A DNA stretch of 27,641 bases from Hyphomicrobiales bacterium (GTDB lineage: Bacteria > Pseudomonadota > Alphaproteobacteria > Rhizobiales > Devosiaceae): positions 1 to 27,641 of the forward strand of contig JALWTJ010000112.1 of the NCBI GenBank assembly GCA_027082895.1, read 5' to 3'. The notes below the pieces were generated by a model. It searched no databases. It was not told the origin of the DNA and saw only the letters and a program-made list of their open reading frames with translations. Positions 17,110 through 25,635 of this stretch are shown in pieces. Made by a program: the position numbers and the translations under genes. Position 1 is the first letter of the stretch. Each line of letters begins with the position of its first letter.

Positions 17110-18281
17110 TAACTGGTTTCCCCGTATGGGTCTGCCGCATCCCGCAGTCCGTCACCGACGAACACGAATGCCAACACGAGAGTGATAAAGAAAATGACGG
17201 GTATGAAATACCATTGGTAGTTGAGCAGAACATCAGCACTGGTGACGTTCTGCAACATGACCCCAAGGGAATTCACCGGATCCTTCAGCCCCAGCCCGAT
17301 AAAGCTGAGGGCGGTTTCCGAAAGCACCATGTAGGGAAAGGAAATCACAAGGTCCACAATGATGTAGGAGGTGAAACTGGGCAGCAGGTGCTTGCGGATG
17401 ACATGGCTTGCCGATGCGCCGCACAGCTGGGCCGCCAGCACATATTCCTGATTGCGTTCCGTCAGCAGATGGGTGCGCACCCGCCGCGCCAGTGTCGGCC
17501 AGCCGATGAAGCCCAGGATGATCGAGATGAAAAAGAACCGGGTTTCCGCGCTCCAGGTATCGGGCACGAATGCCGCCAGCGCCATGAACAGGGGGATCGC
17601 CGGAACGGTTCGGATTGTGTCCGTGATCATCTGCAGGATGCTGTCCAGCCAGCCCCCGTAATAGCCCGAAACGCCACCGATGATCAGGGCCATGACAAAG
17701 GCAATGAACACGCCGATGGTGCCCACCGCCATGGACGTGTTGATGGCGGCAAAGGTACGCGAAAAGATGTCCTTGCCCGTTGAATCGGTGCCGAACAGAT
17801 GGATCTGCCCCTTGTCCACCCCGAACAGGTGGGTGTCAAAGGTCATGCCAAACAGCTTGTAAGGGGAGCCCTTGACAAAAAACTGCATGTAGCGGCGGTC
17901 TTCGAGCCCCGTCTTGACCGTCGTGACCCAGCGGAAATTGGTCTTGATCGAACGCTCCCGGGTTGTCGTATAGATGAACGGGCGCGCCGAGAAACCGTTT
18001 TCATCCCAGAAACGGGGGATTTCGGGTGCACCGTTCTGATATTCCTTGTCCCGCCCGGCAATGGTGGGGTCGTACGGGGTAAGGAAGGGCGAAAATAGGC
18101 CGGACAGGATCAGTATGATCAGCACCCACGCGCCCACAAGTGCAGACTTGTTCTTCTTGAACCGTTGCCAGATCAGCTGGCGCTGGGAGGCGGTAAAATA
18201 GGCTTCCTTGGCCTTCTGGGCGGCCGCTTCCCGGGCAGTGGTCGTTGGGGTGGTGTTGGATGTGTCGGTCATGGCACTCAC
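17109..18281 (-). CDS. Family-5 ABC transporter permease (DppC-like) with enlarged extracytoplasmic loop
   Basis: IWQRFKKNKSA, HLFGTDSTGKDIFSR, EAA-like EYVLAAQLCGAS, LSFIGLG; GTGA overlap with the upstream permease. Confidence 0.9.
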   Translation of the reverse strand: MSAMTDTSNTTPTTTAREAAAQKAKEAYFTASQRQLIWQRFKKNKSALVGAWVLIILILSGLFSPFLTPYDPTIAGRDKEYQNGAPEIPRFWDENGFSARPFIYTTTRERSIKTNFRWVTTVKTGLEDRRYMQFFVKGSPYKLFGMTFDTHLFGVDKGQIHLFGTDSTGKDIFSRTFAAINTSMAVGTIGVFIAFVMALIIGGVSGYYGGWLDSILQMITDTIRTVPAIPLFMALAAFVPDTWSAETRFFFISIILGFIGWPTLARRVRTHLLTERNQEYVLAAQLCGASASHVIRKHLLPSFTSYIIVDLVISFPYMVLSETALSFIGLGLKDPVNSLGVMLQNVTSADVLLNYQWYFIPVIFFITLVLAFVFVGDGLRDAADPYGETS

Positions 18282-19282
18282 TTCAGGATTGATCGACGTA
18301 CGCGCGGGTCCATTACGGCCAGTAGCAGGTCGGTCAGGAAGTTGATGGTGACGATGGAGGCCGTCAGCAGGAAAATGATGGCGCCGGCCAATTGCTGGTC
18401 ATTGGATTTGGCCAGCGCATCGATCAGCAGCGAACCGGCCTCGGTAAGGGTCAGGATCAGTGCCACCACCGGCAATTCGTTGAAAATCCGGTTCAGGTCG
18501 AACCCCAGGGAATTGATGATGGGGGCGAGAGCATGCCGTGCCGGATAGCGCATCAGCAGACGGCGCCCGGACACCCCGCGCGCCTCCGCGGCGGTTACAT
18601 AGAGCTTTCCGATTTCATCGGACATCAGGGCGCGCACCGTCTGGATGGCAAAGGCGGTTGCCGACCAGCCCAGAATGAACACCGGCAGCCAGGCATGCTG
18701 AAGAAAATCGACCAGCTTGGGCCATGACCACGCCGCGTCCCGGAACTCCTTGGAAAAAAGCCCGGTCAGGCTTTCGCCAAAATAGATGGTGGAAAACAGC
18801 ATGATCATCAGCGCCAGCAGGAAGTTGGGCAGCGCCAGCCCGAGATAGGAAATGAAACGAAGAACATTGTTGACGATCCGGTTTTTTGAAACCGCCGCAT
18901 ATATGCCCACCGGTATCGCGATCATGTAGGCAAGCACCAGGGCCGCCAGACTGAGACCCAGACTGATCTTGAACTTGTCCCCCAGCAACTGGGAAATGTT
19001 GAGCCTGAGAATGCAGCTGTCGCCGAAATCGCCCTGAAAGGCATACCAGACCCATTTGCCCCAGCGTTCGATATAGGGCCTGTCCAGACCCAACCGGACC
19101 CGTTCGGCCTCGATATCGGCGGTGGTGATGACAGCCCCTTGCGTGTTCTTGAAGGCGATGTAGCGCTCGGCACAGTCACCGGGCACAAGTTCCATCAGGG
19201 AAAAGACGATGAAGGAAACCAGCAGCAGCGTCAGGATGGCCAGCACGGCGCGCGTTGCGGCAAATCGGGCAAATTGAAACAT
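18278..19282 (-). CDS. Family-5 ABC transporter permease (DppB-like)
   Basis: LVPGD, LGLDRP, GDFGDS, LALPNF, LYVTAAEARGVS, MDPRVR. Confidence 0.9.
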   Translation of the reverse strand: MFQFARFAATRAVLAILTLLLVSFIVFSLMELVPGDCAERYIAFKNTQGAVITTADIEAERVRLGLDRPYIERWGKWVWYAFQGDFGDSCILRLNISQLLGDKFKISLGLSLAALVLAYMIAIPVGIYAAVSKNRIVNNVLRFISYLGLALPNFLLALMIMLFSTIYFGESLTGLFSKEFRDAAWSWPKLVDFLQHAWLPVFILGWSATAFAIQTVRALMSDEIGKLYVTAAEARGVSGRRLLMRYPARHALAPIINSLGFDLNRIFNELPVVALILTLTEAGSLLIDALAKSNDQQLAGAIIFLLTASIVTINFLTDLLLAVMDPRVRRSILK

Positions 19283-19356
19283 GTCCCCCCCTGGAAAACT
19301 CGGGCATTCTGAAAGTCGGGTGCGGGCAGAGAGCTCCGCCCGTACCGGTTCGTGAC

Positions 19357-19390
19357 GTTCGCCCCCGGCCGATATTGGCCGGGGACGAAC
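19357..19390 (-). terminator. Intercistronic stem-loop after the SBP gene
   Basis: Minus strand GTTCGTCCCCGGCC-N6-GGCCGGGGGCGAAC, 14-bp stem with one G-U pair. Confidence 0.55.
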
Positions 19391-19408
19391 AGTTTTACAT
19401 CACGCGGT

Positions 19409-21457
19409 TTATTCGTCCAGGAACCACTGGTCACCCCGGTAGGGATAGGCCCAGTAATAGTCGTAGGACGCGGTCTTGAACTCGGGAACATTCTTCAGAA
19501 CGTTGCGATGGAAGACCGGCGACACGGCTTTCACGGTGCCGATGAACAGCAGTTGCTTGGTCATGCGTTCGACCATGCGCGCGCCGATGGCGGCCTGCTC
19601 GTCCGAGCCGGGGGTAGCCGACTGGAAGGCAGCAATATCGGCAATCGAGTCGTTGACCCATGCCGGGGGCTCGACACCACGTTCGCCATTGCTCTCGATA
19701 TATTCAGCCCACAGCATGCCGGTGCGGTGTGCGAAATAGTTCTCGAACGGGGGAACGAACTCCTCGTTGTTGCCAAGGATAACGGCCAGGGGCTGGCTCT
19801 TTTCCCAGCTGCCGACCGAGAGCTGGTTGGCGGACTGTGCCGAACGGTACTCGTCGGCGGTGATTTCCTTCACCGTCGTCTTCACACCGACTTCGGCCCA
19901 GTTCTGCGCGACCAGTTCGTTCACCTTGGCCGATGTGCCCTGGGTAGCGAACTGAATGTTCAGAACCAGAGGCTTGCCCGAAGGCAGATCGCGCCATCCG
20001 TCACCATCCTTGTCCACAAAACCGATGGAATCCAGCAGCGCCTTGGCACCTTCCGGATCATATTCGGTCTTGTACTGCAGCATGTCTTCGGAAATGAACC
20101 CGGGAGTTGGCGAGAAGGCAACATACTGCTGGATCTGACCCTGCCCGAAATAGGCAACATCGTTGATTTCCTGCCGGTTGATGGCCACGGACATCGCTTC
20201 ACGGAACTTGATGTTGTTGAACAGTTCACGCTTTTCCAGATCTTCGTCCGTCACGTTGAACGAGAATACCGGGAAGGAGATCTTGGGTTCGAGCCAGACG
20301 GTGTAATCGCCCTTTTCCTGATTTTCAAGCAGGATCGGAGCCATGTCCAGCTGCAGGGACTGCGTCTTGTAGTCCACTTCGCCGTTGATCATCTTGAGCA
20401 CGCGAACTTCCGTTTCCGTCACGAAGGTTTCATCCATCTCGTTGACATAGGGAAGCTGGTGCCCGGCCGTGTCCACCTTGAAATAATAGGGATTGGGCAC
20501 GAAATGCCGTCCCTCGGTGGATTCGCGGACAACGATATGGCTTTCCAGCGTCGGGGCGGCAGCGAAAGGCATGTTCGCGACCTTGTCCGGGCTGTTCAGC
20601 ATCGGGGTGGCGGTATCCATCCAGTCCGAGTTGCCGAAATAGGCCTTGATCACTGCATACCCGTTTTCGAACCCGAGAGCCTGGGCTTCCGCGTCGGCAT
20701 TGGGGTTGATGGCGGGATGGAAGCGGCCCAGCAGATGCTTGGGCTGGAAAGCCTGCGCATAATGGTTGGCAAAGTGGCTCAGAAGGCCCGGCTTGGGAGC
20801 CGGCAGCTTGAACACGACCGTGTACGGATCCGGCGTTTCCACCGTCATCCGCTCGCCACCCACAAGAACATAGTCCTTGGTCTTGGCCATCACGTTGGGA
20901 TCAAGTTCCAGATTGTCATACCAGAACTTGATATCCGCGGAGGTGAAGGGCTCGCCATCGGACCATTTGTGGCCCTTGCGCAGATAGAAGGTCAGCTCGG
21001 TATAGTCATCGTTCCATTTCCAGCCCTTGGCCACGTTGGGAACAATGGTTTCCAGATCGTCCGAGTAGCGCACCAGGTTGACATGGCGAATGGACATCAT
21101 GTCCGACGTGCCTGCTTCGGTGGCGTTGGAGATGATGTCCAGCGTGCCGCCATAATGGCCGATCTCGTCATAAGGGACGACCACCAGCGGTTCTTCGGGC
21201 AGACGCTCGGCAAGCGGGGGAAGATCCGGGTTGCCCTGAATCTGGCTGTTGAAGGCGGCGATGGAAGCATCATCGCGCGACGAAATGTCAAGGGTGCAGT
21301 TCGCGGCAGCTTCGAACTCGGAAAGTTCGTACTGCTGCGGATATGCACCGGCAGCCACGCCCATGCTGTCGCTGACGGTGATTGCCGGGCAAGCAGCGCC
21401 CTGGGCAATTCCGGTCAGCGCCATGAGCGCAACGCCAGAAAGTAGGATTTTCTTCAT
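19409..21457 (-). CDS. Family-5 ABC substrate-binding protein (682 aa), sugar/oligosaccharide-binding-like subgroup
   Basis: Signal peptide; LPPLAERLPEEPLVV...GHYGGTL; LRKGHKWSDGEPFTSADI; FREAMSVAINRQEI. The LPPxAERLPxEP segment also occurs in AgpA-like sugar binders. Confidence 0.85.
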   Translation of the reverse strand: MKKILLSGVALMALTGIAQGAACPAITVSDSMGVAAGAYPQQYELSEFEAAANCTLDISSRDDASIAAFNSQIQGNPDLPPLAERLPEEPLVVVPYDEIGHYGGTLDIISNATEAGTSDMMSIRHVNLVRYSDDLETIVPNVAKGWKWNDDYTELTFYLRKGHKWSDGEPFTSADIKFWYDNLELDPNVMAKTKDYVLVGGERMTVETPDPYTVVFKLPAPKPGLLSHFANHYAQAFQPKHLLGRFHPAINPNADAEAQALGFENGYAVIKAYFGNSDWMDTATPMLNSPDKVANMPFAAAPTLESHIVVRESTEGRHFVPNPYYFKVDTAGHQLPYVNEMDETFVTETEVRVLKMINGEVDYKTQSLQLDMAPILLENQEKGDYTVWLEPKISFPVFSFNVTDEDLEKRELFNNIKFREAMSVAINRQEINDVAYFGQGQIQQYVAFSPTPGFISEDMLQYKTEYDPEGAKALLDSIGFVDKDGDGWRDLPSGKPLVLNIQFATQGTSAKVNELVAQNWAEVGVKTTVKEITADEYRSAQSANQLSVGSWEKSQPLAVILGNNEEFVPPFENYFAHRTGMLWAEYIESNGERGVEPPAWVNDSIADIAAFQSATPGSDEQAAIGARMVERMTKQLLFIGTVKAVSPVFHRNVLKNVPEFKTASYDYYWAYPYRGDQWFLDE

Positions 21458-21708
21458 ATTGGGTTTTCTCCGTTCAGGTTGGTAAAAACTATGCGCGATG
21501 GCCGCACGGGGCCGGCGAAATACGGTATTTTTCTTTCAGATGTGACTTCGCGGCCTGCTGACCGTTCCGCACAGGTACCCGGCACGTTTCCCGTCCCGTA
21601 TGGCCTGTGCAGTCTGGCATTTGCCCGCTTCTCCTCCTCCCAAAGGCAGCGATTGCGCACGGGCACTGATTTCTTGATTCATTTTTTCTCAGCGCCCTCA
21701 GGTGAACA

Positions 21709-21758
21709 AGAATGAACGTGCGCTCGGGCTGTGTCAAGAAACTTACAGGCGGCTGTAA
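21709..21758 (-). promoter_or_regulatory. Putative promoter of the ABC operon with adjacent dyad
   Basis: Minus strand TTGACA (21737-21732), 17 bp, CATTCT (21714-21709); dyad TTACAG-N4-CTGTAA at 21743-21758 just upstream. Confidence 0.5.
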
Positions 21759-21990
21759 CAGTTTCACCACGCTGCTGCGAAGATTTCGTGACATTTGGGG
21801 CGGTCAGAGAGGGCGCCCGGAATTGAAGAACCACGAAGGGCAGCGCGGGGTTTCCAGAGCCTTTCGTGAAGGGTGATGAGAAGTTTTGTCAAAAATAGTA
21901 ATGAAACATCAAATGGATATGGAAGGTGCCCTGATCAGATGACATCCGTATTTTGGTAAAGGGTTCCCCCGGCCCCGGATATTGATTCGT

Positions 21991-22827
21991 TCAGGCCGTG
22001 GCCATGATGGCGATGCCGACGGCCACGATACCCGCCGCCGTCAGACGCAGGCGCCAGGGCCGTTCGTGCAGAACGATGACGCCGATCAGTGCCCCGAACA
22101 GCACCGAGGTTTCTCTAAGGGTGGAAACGAGGCCGAGCGGGGAAAGGGAATTGGCGTAGATGACCAGCCCGTAGGCGGTGGCCGATATGACTCCGCCGGC
22201 CATGCCCGTAAGGGCCTGCTTGCGGCCCATGTTCAGGAGTTTGCCGGCGCGCCGGAAAGTGATGAACAGGGTTACGAAAGCCTCGAAGATGAACAGCCAT
22301 CCGATATAGCTCAGTGCCGCTCCGGCATGGCGCACGCCCAGCCCGTCTGACAGGGAATAGGCGGCAATGTTTGCTCCGGTCAGCAGGGCCGTCAGCAGCA
22401 GACCGGGGGGCATTTTCCCCCGGAACGCATCCCCGGAAAGCATGAGGATGCCAAGGGTAACAATGATGATCCCGACCCATTCCTGCACCGACAGGGCCTC
22501 CCCGGCAAGCACCAGCGCACCAAGGGCAATCAGAACCGGCGAGATGCCCCGCGCAATGGGGTAGGAATGGGACAGATCCCCATCCGTATAGGCTCGGTAA
22601 AGCAGATAATAATAGTAGAAGTGGATGATGGTGGATGCCAGGAGGAACGGCCAGCTTTCCGGGGCGGGCAGGGGGGAGTTCAGCGCCAGCACGATGCCGA
22701 ACGTCACATGCCCCAGGGAAACCAGCCCCAGCGAGATAAGCCGGTCACCACTGGCCTTGACCATGGCGTTCCAGGTAGCATGCAGCAGCGCTGCCGTCAG
22801 AACGAGCAGGAAGACGGTCGAACTCAT
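21991..22827 (-). CDS. EamA/DMT-family transporter (278 aa)
   Basis: About 10 TM segments; AALLHATWNAMVK, GDLSHSYPIARG, STLRETSVLFG. Confidence 0.85.
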   Translation of the reverse strand: MSSTVFLLVLTAALLHATWNAMVKASGDRLISLGLVSLGHVTFGIVLALNSPLPAPESWPFLLASTIIHFYYYYLLYRAYTDGDLSHSYPIARGISPVLIALGALVLAGEALSVQEWVGIIIVTLGILMLSGDAFRGKMPPGLLLTALLTGANIAAYSLSDGLGVRHAGAALSYIGWLFIFEAFVTLFITFRRAGKLLNMGRKQALTGMAGGVISATAYGLVIYANSLSPLGLVSTLRETSVLFGALIGVIVLHERPWRLRLTAAGIVAVGIAIMATA

Positions 22828-22923
22828 TGGACGCTCTCACCGGCGCGGGGAACACAGACCTTGTCCTTCCTTGTTGCCCCGGATTGGGTCCGGGGCAAGA
22901 AAGCCCGTCCGGTGATGGCCACC

Positions 22924-24069
22924 TCAGATACAGTCCTGAAACAGCTGTGTGACGTTTTCCCGGGTCAGTTCCACCGGATTGCCTGCACAACTGGGATCCT
23001 TCAGGGCCATTTCCGTCAATTCCGCAATGCGGTTGGTGTCAACCCCGAGCCCGGACAGTCTGTCCGGCACCCCCAGTTCCGCACGCAGTTCAAGAACATA
23101 ATCATAGAATCCGTCAAAGCCGCCCTTGATTCCCAGATAGTCGGCCGCTTCGGAAATGCCCCCCTCGATGGCCGGCCGGTTCAGTTTCAGCACCGGGGGC
23201 ATCACCACCGCATTGGTCATGCCGTGATGGGTATTGTAAACTGCCCCGATCGGGTGGGACAGGGCATGGATGGCCCCCAGCCCCTTCTGAAAGGCGGTGG
23301 CACCCATCATGGCCGCACTCATCATGTGGGCACGGGATTGCAGGTTTTCCGGGTCCGTGGCCACCTGGGGCAGGTTTTCCTTCACCAGTCGCATGCCTTC
23401 AAGCGCAATTCCCTGGCTCATCGGGTGGTAATGGGGGGAGGAATAGGCCTCCAGACAATGGGCAAAGGCATCCATGCCGGTGCCTACCGTGATCATCCTG
23501 GGCATGCCCACGGTCAGTTCCGGGTCGGCGATCACAATCGAAGGCATCACCTTGGGGTGAAAGATGATCTTTTTCACATGGGTCTGGCTGTCGGTAATGA
23601 CGCTGGCCCGTCCCACTTCGCTGCCCGTTCCCGCCGTGGTGGGAACTGCGATGATCGGGGCGATGGCCTCCGCATCGGCCCGTGTCCACCAGTCCCCCAC
23701 ATCCTCGAAATCCCAAACCGGGCGCGACTGGCCGGCCATGAAGGCCACCATCTTGCCCAGGTCCAGCCCCGAGCCGCCGCCAAAGGCGATCACCCCGTCA
23801 TGGCCCCCGTTCAGGTAGCGGGCAACGCCTGCCGCCAGGTTGATTTCGTTCGGATTGGGGTCCACTTCGGTAAAGATGGCCCGGTCAAAGCCGGCTTCCT
23901 CCAGCAGATCCAGGGTCGCAAGGGTGATGGGCAGGTTTCCCAGCCCCCGGTCCGTGACCAGCAGCGGGCGGCTGATACCGGCCTGTTTGCACGCCTCCCC
24001 GATTTCCTTGATGCGCCCGGCGCCGAACCGGATGGAAGTGGGATAGGACCAGTTGCCAACGAGTTTCAT
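22924..24069 (-). CDS. Iron-containing alcohol dehydrogenase (candidate gamma-glutamylethanolamide dehydrogenase)
   Basis: GGGSGLD, PTTAGTGSE, GMDAFAHCLE, HALSH...HHG. Start ATG 24069, or GTG 24078 overlapping the ALDH stop. Confidence 0.88.
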   Translation of the reverse strand: MKLVGNWSYPTSIRFGAGRIKEIGEACKQAGISRPLLVTDRGLGNLPITLATLDLLEEAGFDRAIFTEVDPNPNEINLAAGVARYLNGGHDGVIAFGGGSGLDLGKMVAFMAGQSRPVWDFEDVGDWWTRADAEAIAPIIAVPTTAGTGSEVGRASVITDSQTHVKKIIFHPKVMPSIVIADPELTVGMPRMITVGTGMDAFAHCLEAYSSPHYHPMSQGIALEGMRLVKENLPQVATDPENLQSRAHMMSAAMMGATAFQKGLGAIHALSHPIGAVYNTHHGMTNAVVMPPVLKLNRPAIEGGISEAADYLGIKGGFDGFYDYVLELRAELGVPDRLSGLGVDTNRIAELTEMALKDPSCAGNPVELTRENVTQLFQDCI

Positions 24070-24074
24070 TTTTC

Positions 24075-25451
24075 TCACGCTTTCTTCAGATGGTAGGATT
24101 TGGGGCGGGTAAGGTTGTGATAGCCGATCACCGACAATGCGCCCCCCCGTCCGGTATTCTTGCAGCCCGTCCAGCACAGGCCCGGATCCAGATAGTCGGC
24201 CCGGTTCATGAACACGGTGCCCGTTTCGATCTGGCGTCCGATCCGCGCCGCCCGTTCCGGGTCTGCCGTCCACAGGGAGGCGGTAAGCCCGAATTCGCTG
24301 TCATTCATCAGTTCGACGGCTTCTTCGTCCGATGAAACCTTCATGATTCCGACAACCGGCCCGAAGCTTTCGTCCCGCATCACCCGCATCTGGTGGTTGA
24401 CGTTGGTCAGGATCTGGGGGGACAGGTAGGTGCCCCCGTCATCTTCGGCAAAGGTGTCGATATGGGTCTGCGCCCCCATGGCCACCGCTTCGGAAATCTG
24501 CGCCCGCACCTCGTCGGCAAAACGCCGTGCGGCCATGGGGCCAAGGGTGATCTCGGGGTCCAGCGGGTTGCCCAGCTTGTAGGCCGATGCGATGGCCACC
24601 GCCTTCTCAACAAAGGCGTCATAAAGGGACTCGGTGACATAAATGCGCTCGATACCACAGCAGCACTGGCCCGAATTGTACATGGAAGCATCCATGAGTG
24701 TTTCTACCGCGGCATCCAGGTCCGCATCCTCCATCACATAGCCCGGATCCTTGCCTCCCAGCTCCAGCCCCAGGCTGGTAAAGGTTCCCGCCGCCGCCTT
24801 TTCCATGGCCACGCCGCCGCCCACCGATCCGGTGAAATTGACGAAACCGAAGCTTTTCGCCCCGATCAGCGCCGAGGTGGTTTCATGGTCGAGGAACACG
24901 TTCTGGAACACGTCTTCGGGCACCCCCGCCTCGTTGAAGGCCCGCGCCATGCGCTCGCCCACCAGCAAGGTCTGGGTCGCATGCTTGAGCAATACCGTGT
25001 TGCCCGCGATCAGGGCGGGGGCCACGGTGTTGATGGCGGTCATGTAGGGATAGTTCCAGGGGGCCACCACCAGCACCACCCCGTGGGGTTCCCGTTCGAT
25101 CCGGCGTTCAAAGCCGCCGCTTTCCTCCACGATGATCGGCTTGAGGGATTCTTCGGCAATGGCCGCCATGTGCGTGGCCCGTTCGTTGAAACCTCCGAAC
25201 TCGCCGCCATAGCGCACCGGACGGCCCATCTGCCAGGCCAGTTCGGTAACGATGTCATCATTCATTTCGCCTACCCGGGCCACCCCGGCCAGCACCAGGT
25301 CCACCCGTTCCTGGAGCGGACGGGCCGCCCATGCCTTTTGCGCTGCCCTGGCGCGGGCCACCGCATCGCTGGCCTGTTCGTGGGAAAGGACGGGACGTTC
25401 CGCATAAACGGAGCCGTCGATGGGAGAAATACACTTGAGAATTTTTGTCAT
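24075..25451 (-). CDS. Aldehyde dehydrogenase (candidate gamma-glutamyl-aminoacetaldehyde dehydrogenase)
   Basis: PWNYP, FTGSV, catalytic Glu in LELGGKDP, catalytic Cys in NSGQCCC, ESFGPV. Confidence 0.9.
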   Translation of the reverse strand: MTKILKCISPIDGSVYAERPVLSHEQASDAVARARAAQKAWAARPLQERVDLVLAGVARVGEMNDDIVTELAWQMGRPVRYGGEFGGFNERATHMAAIAEESLKPIIVEESGGFERRIEREPHGVVLVVAPWNYPYMTAINTVAPALIAGNTVLLKHATQTLLVGERMARAFNEAGVPEDVFQNVFLDHETTSALIGAKSFGFVNFTGSVGGGVAMEKAAAGTFTSLGLELGGKDPGYVMEDADLDAAVETLMDASMYNSGQCCCGIERIYVTESLYDAFVEKAVAIASAYKLGNPLDPEITLGPMAARRFADEVRAQISEAVAMGAQTHIDTFAEDDGGTYLSPQILTNVNHQMRVMRDESFGPVVGIMKVSSDEEAVELMNDSEFGLTASLWTADPERAARIGRQIETGTVFMNRADYLDPGLCWTGCKNTGRGGALSVIGYHNLTRPKSYHLKKA

Positions 25452-25635
25452 GTTCTTATCCGCTTGCAGATTTTGCGACCGGTGTCAGACCGGTTCGCGG
25501 TAAAGTGTGCCCCCCGAAATCGGGCTGCACATTGTGTTGGGTCAAGAAGCCGGGCCGGGCGGCCTGTGGCAAGGAACGTCTTTTCCCCGTCCCGTTCTGA
25601 CCGGGCAGGGGGACGCCGCTCCGGAGCAGGGGCGG

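Noticed and set aside
19352-21445. 697-aa plus-strand ORF
   Set aside because: Antisense shadow of the SBP gene; no recognisable motifs or RBS; long antisense frames are expected with GC-rich codon bias.
21458-21990. Known riboswitch (cobalamin, glycine, TPP) upstream of the ABC operon
   Set aside because: Diagnostic conserved motifs were not found by eye; an Infernal/Rfam scan would be decisive.
362-24273. ORF-track upstream starts (362, 1542, 2633, 4156, 5048, 9216, 13063, 24273)
   Set aside because: Downstream starts have better RBS, signal peptides or stop-start overlaps; the extensions run into intergenic DNA or neighbouring genes.
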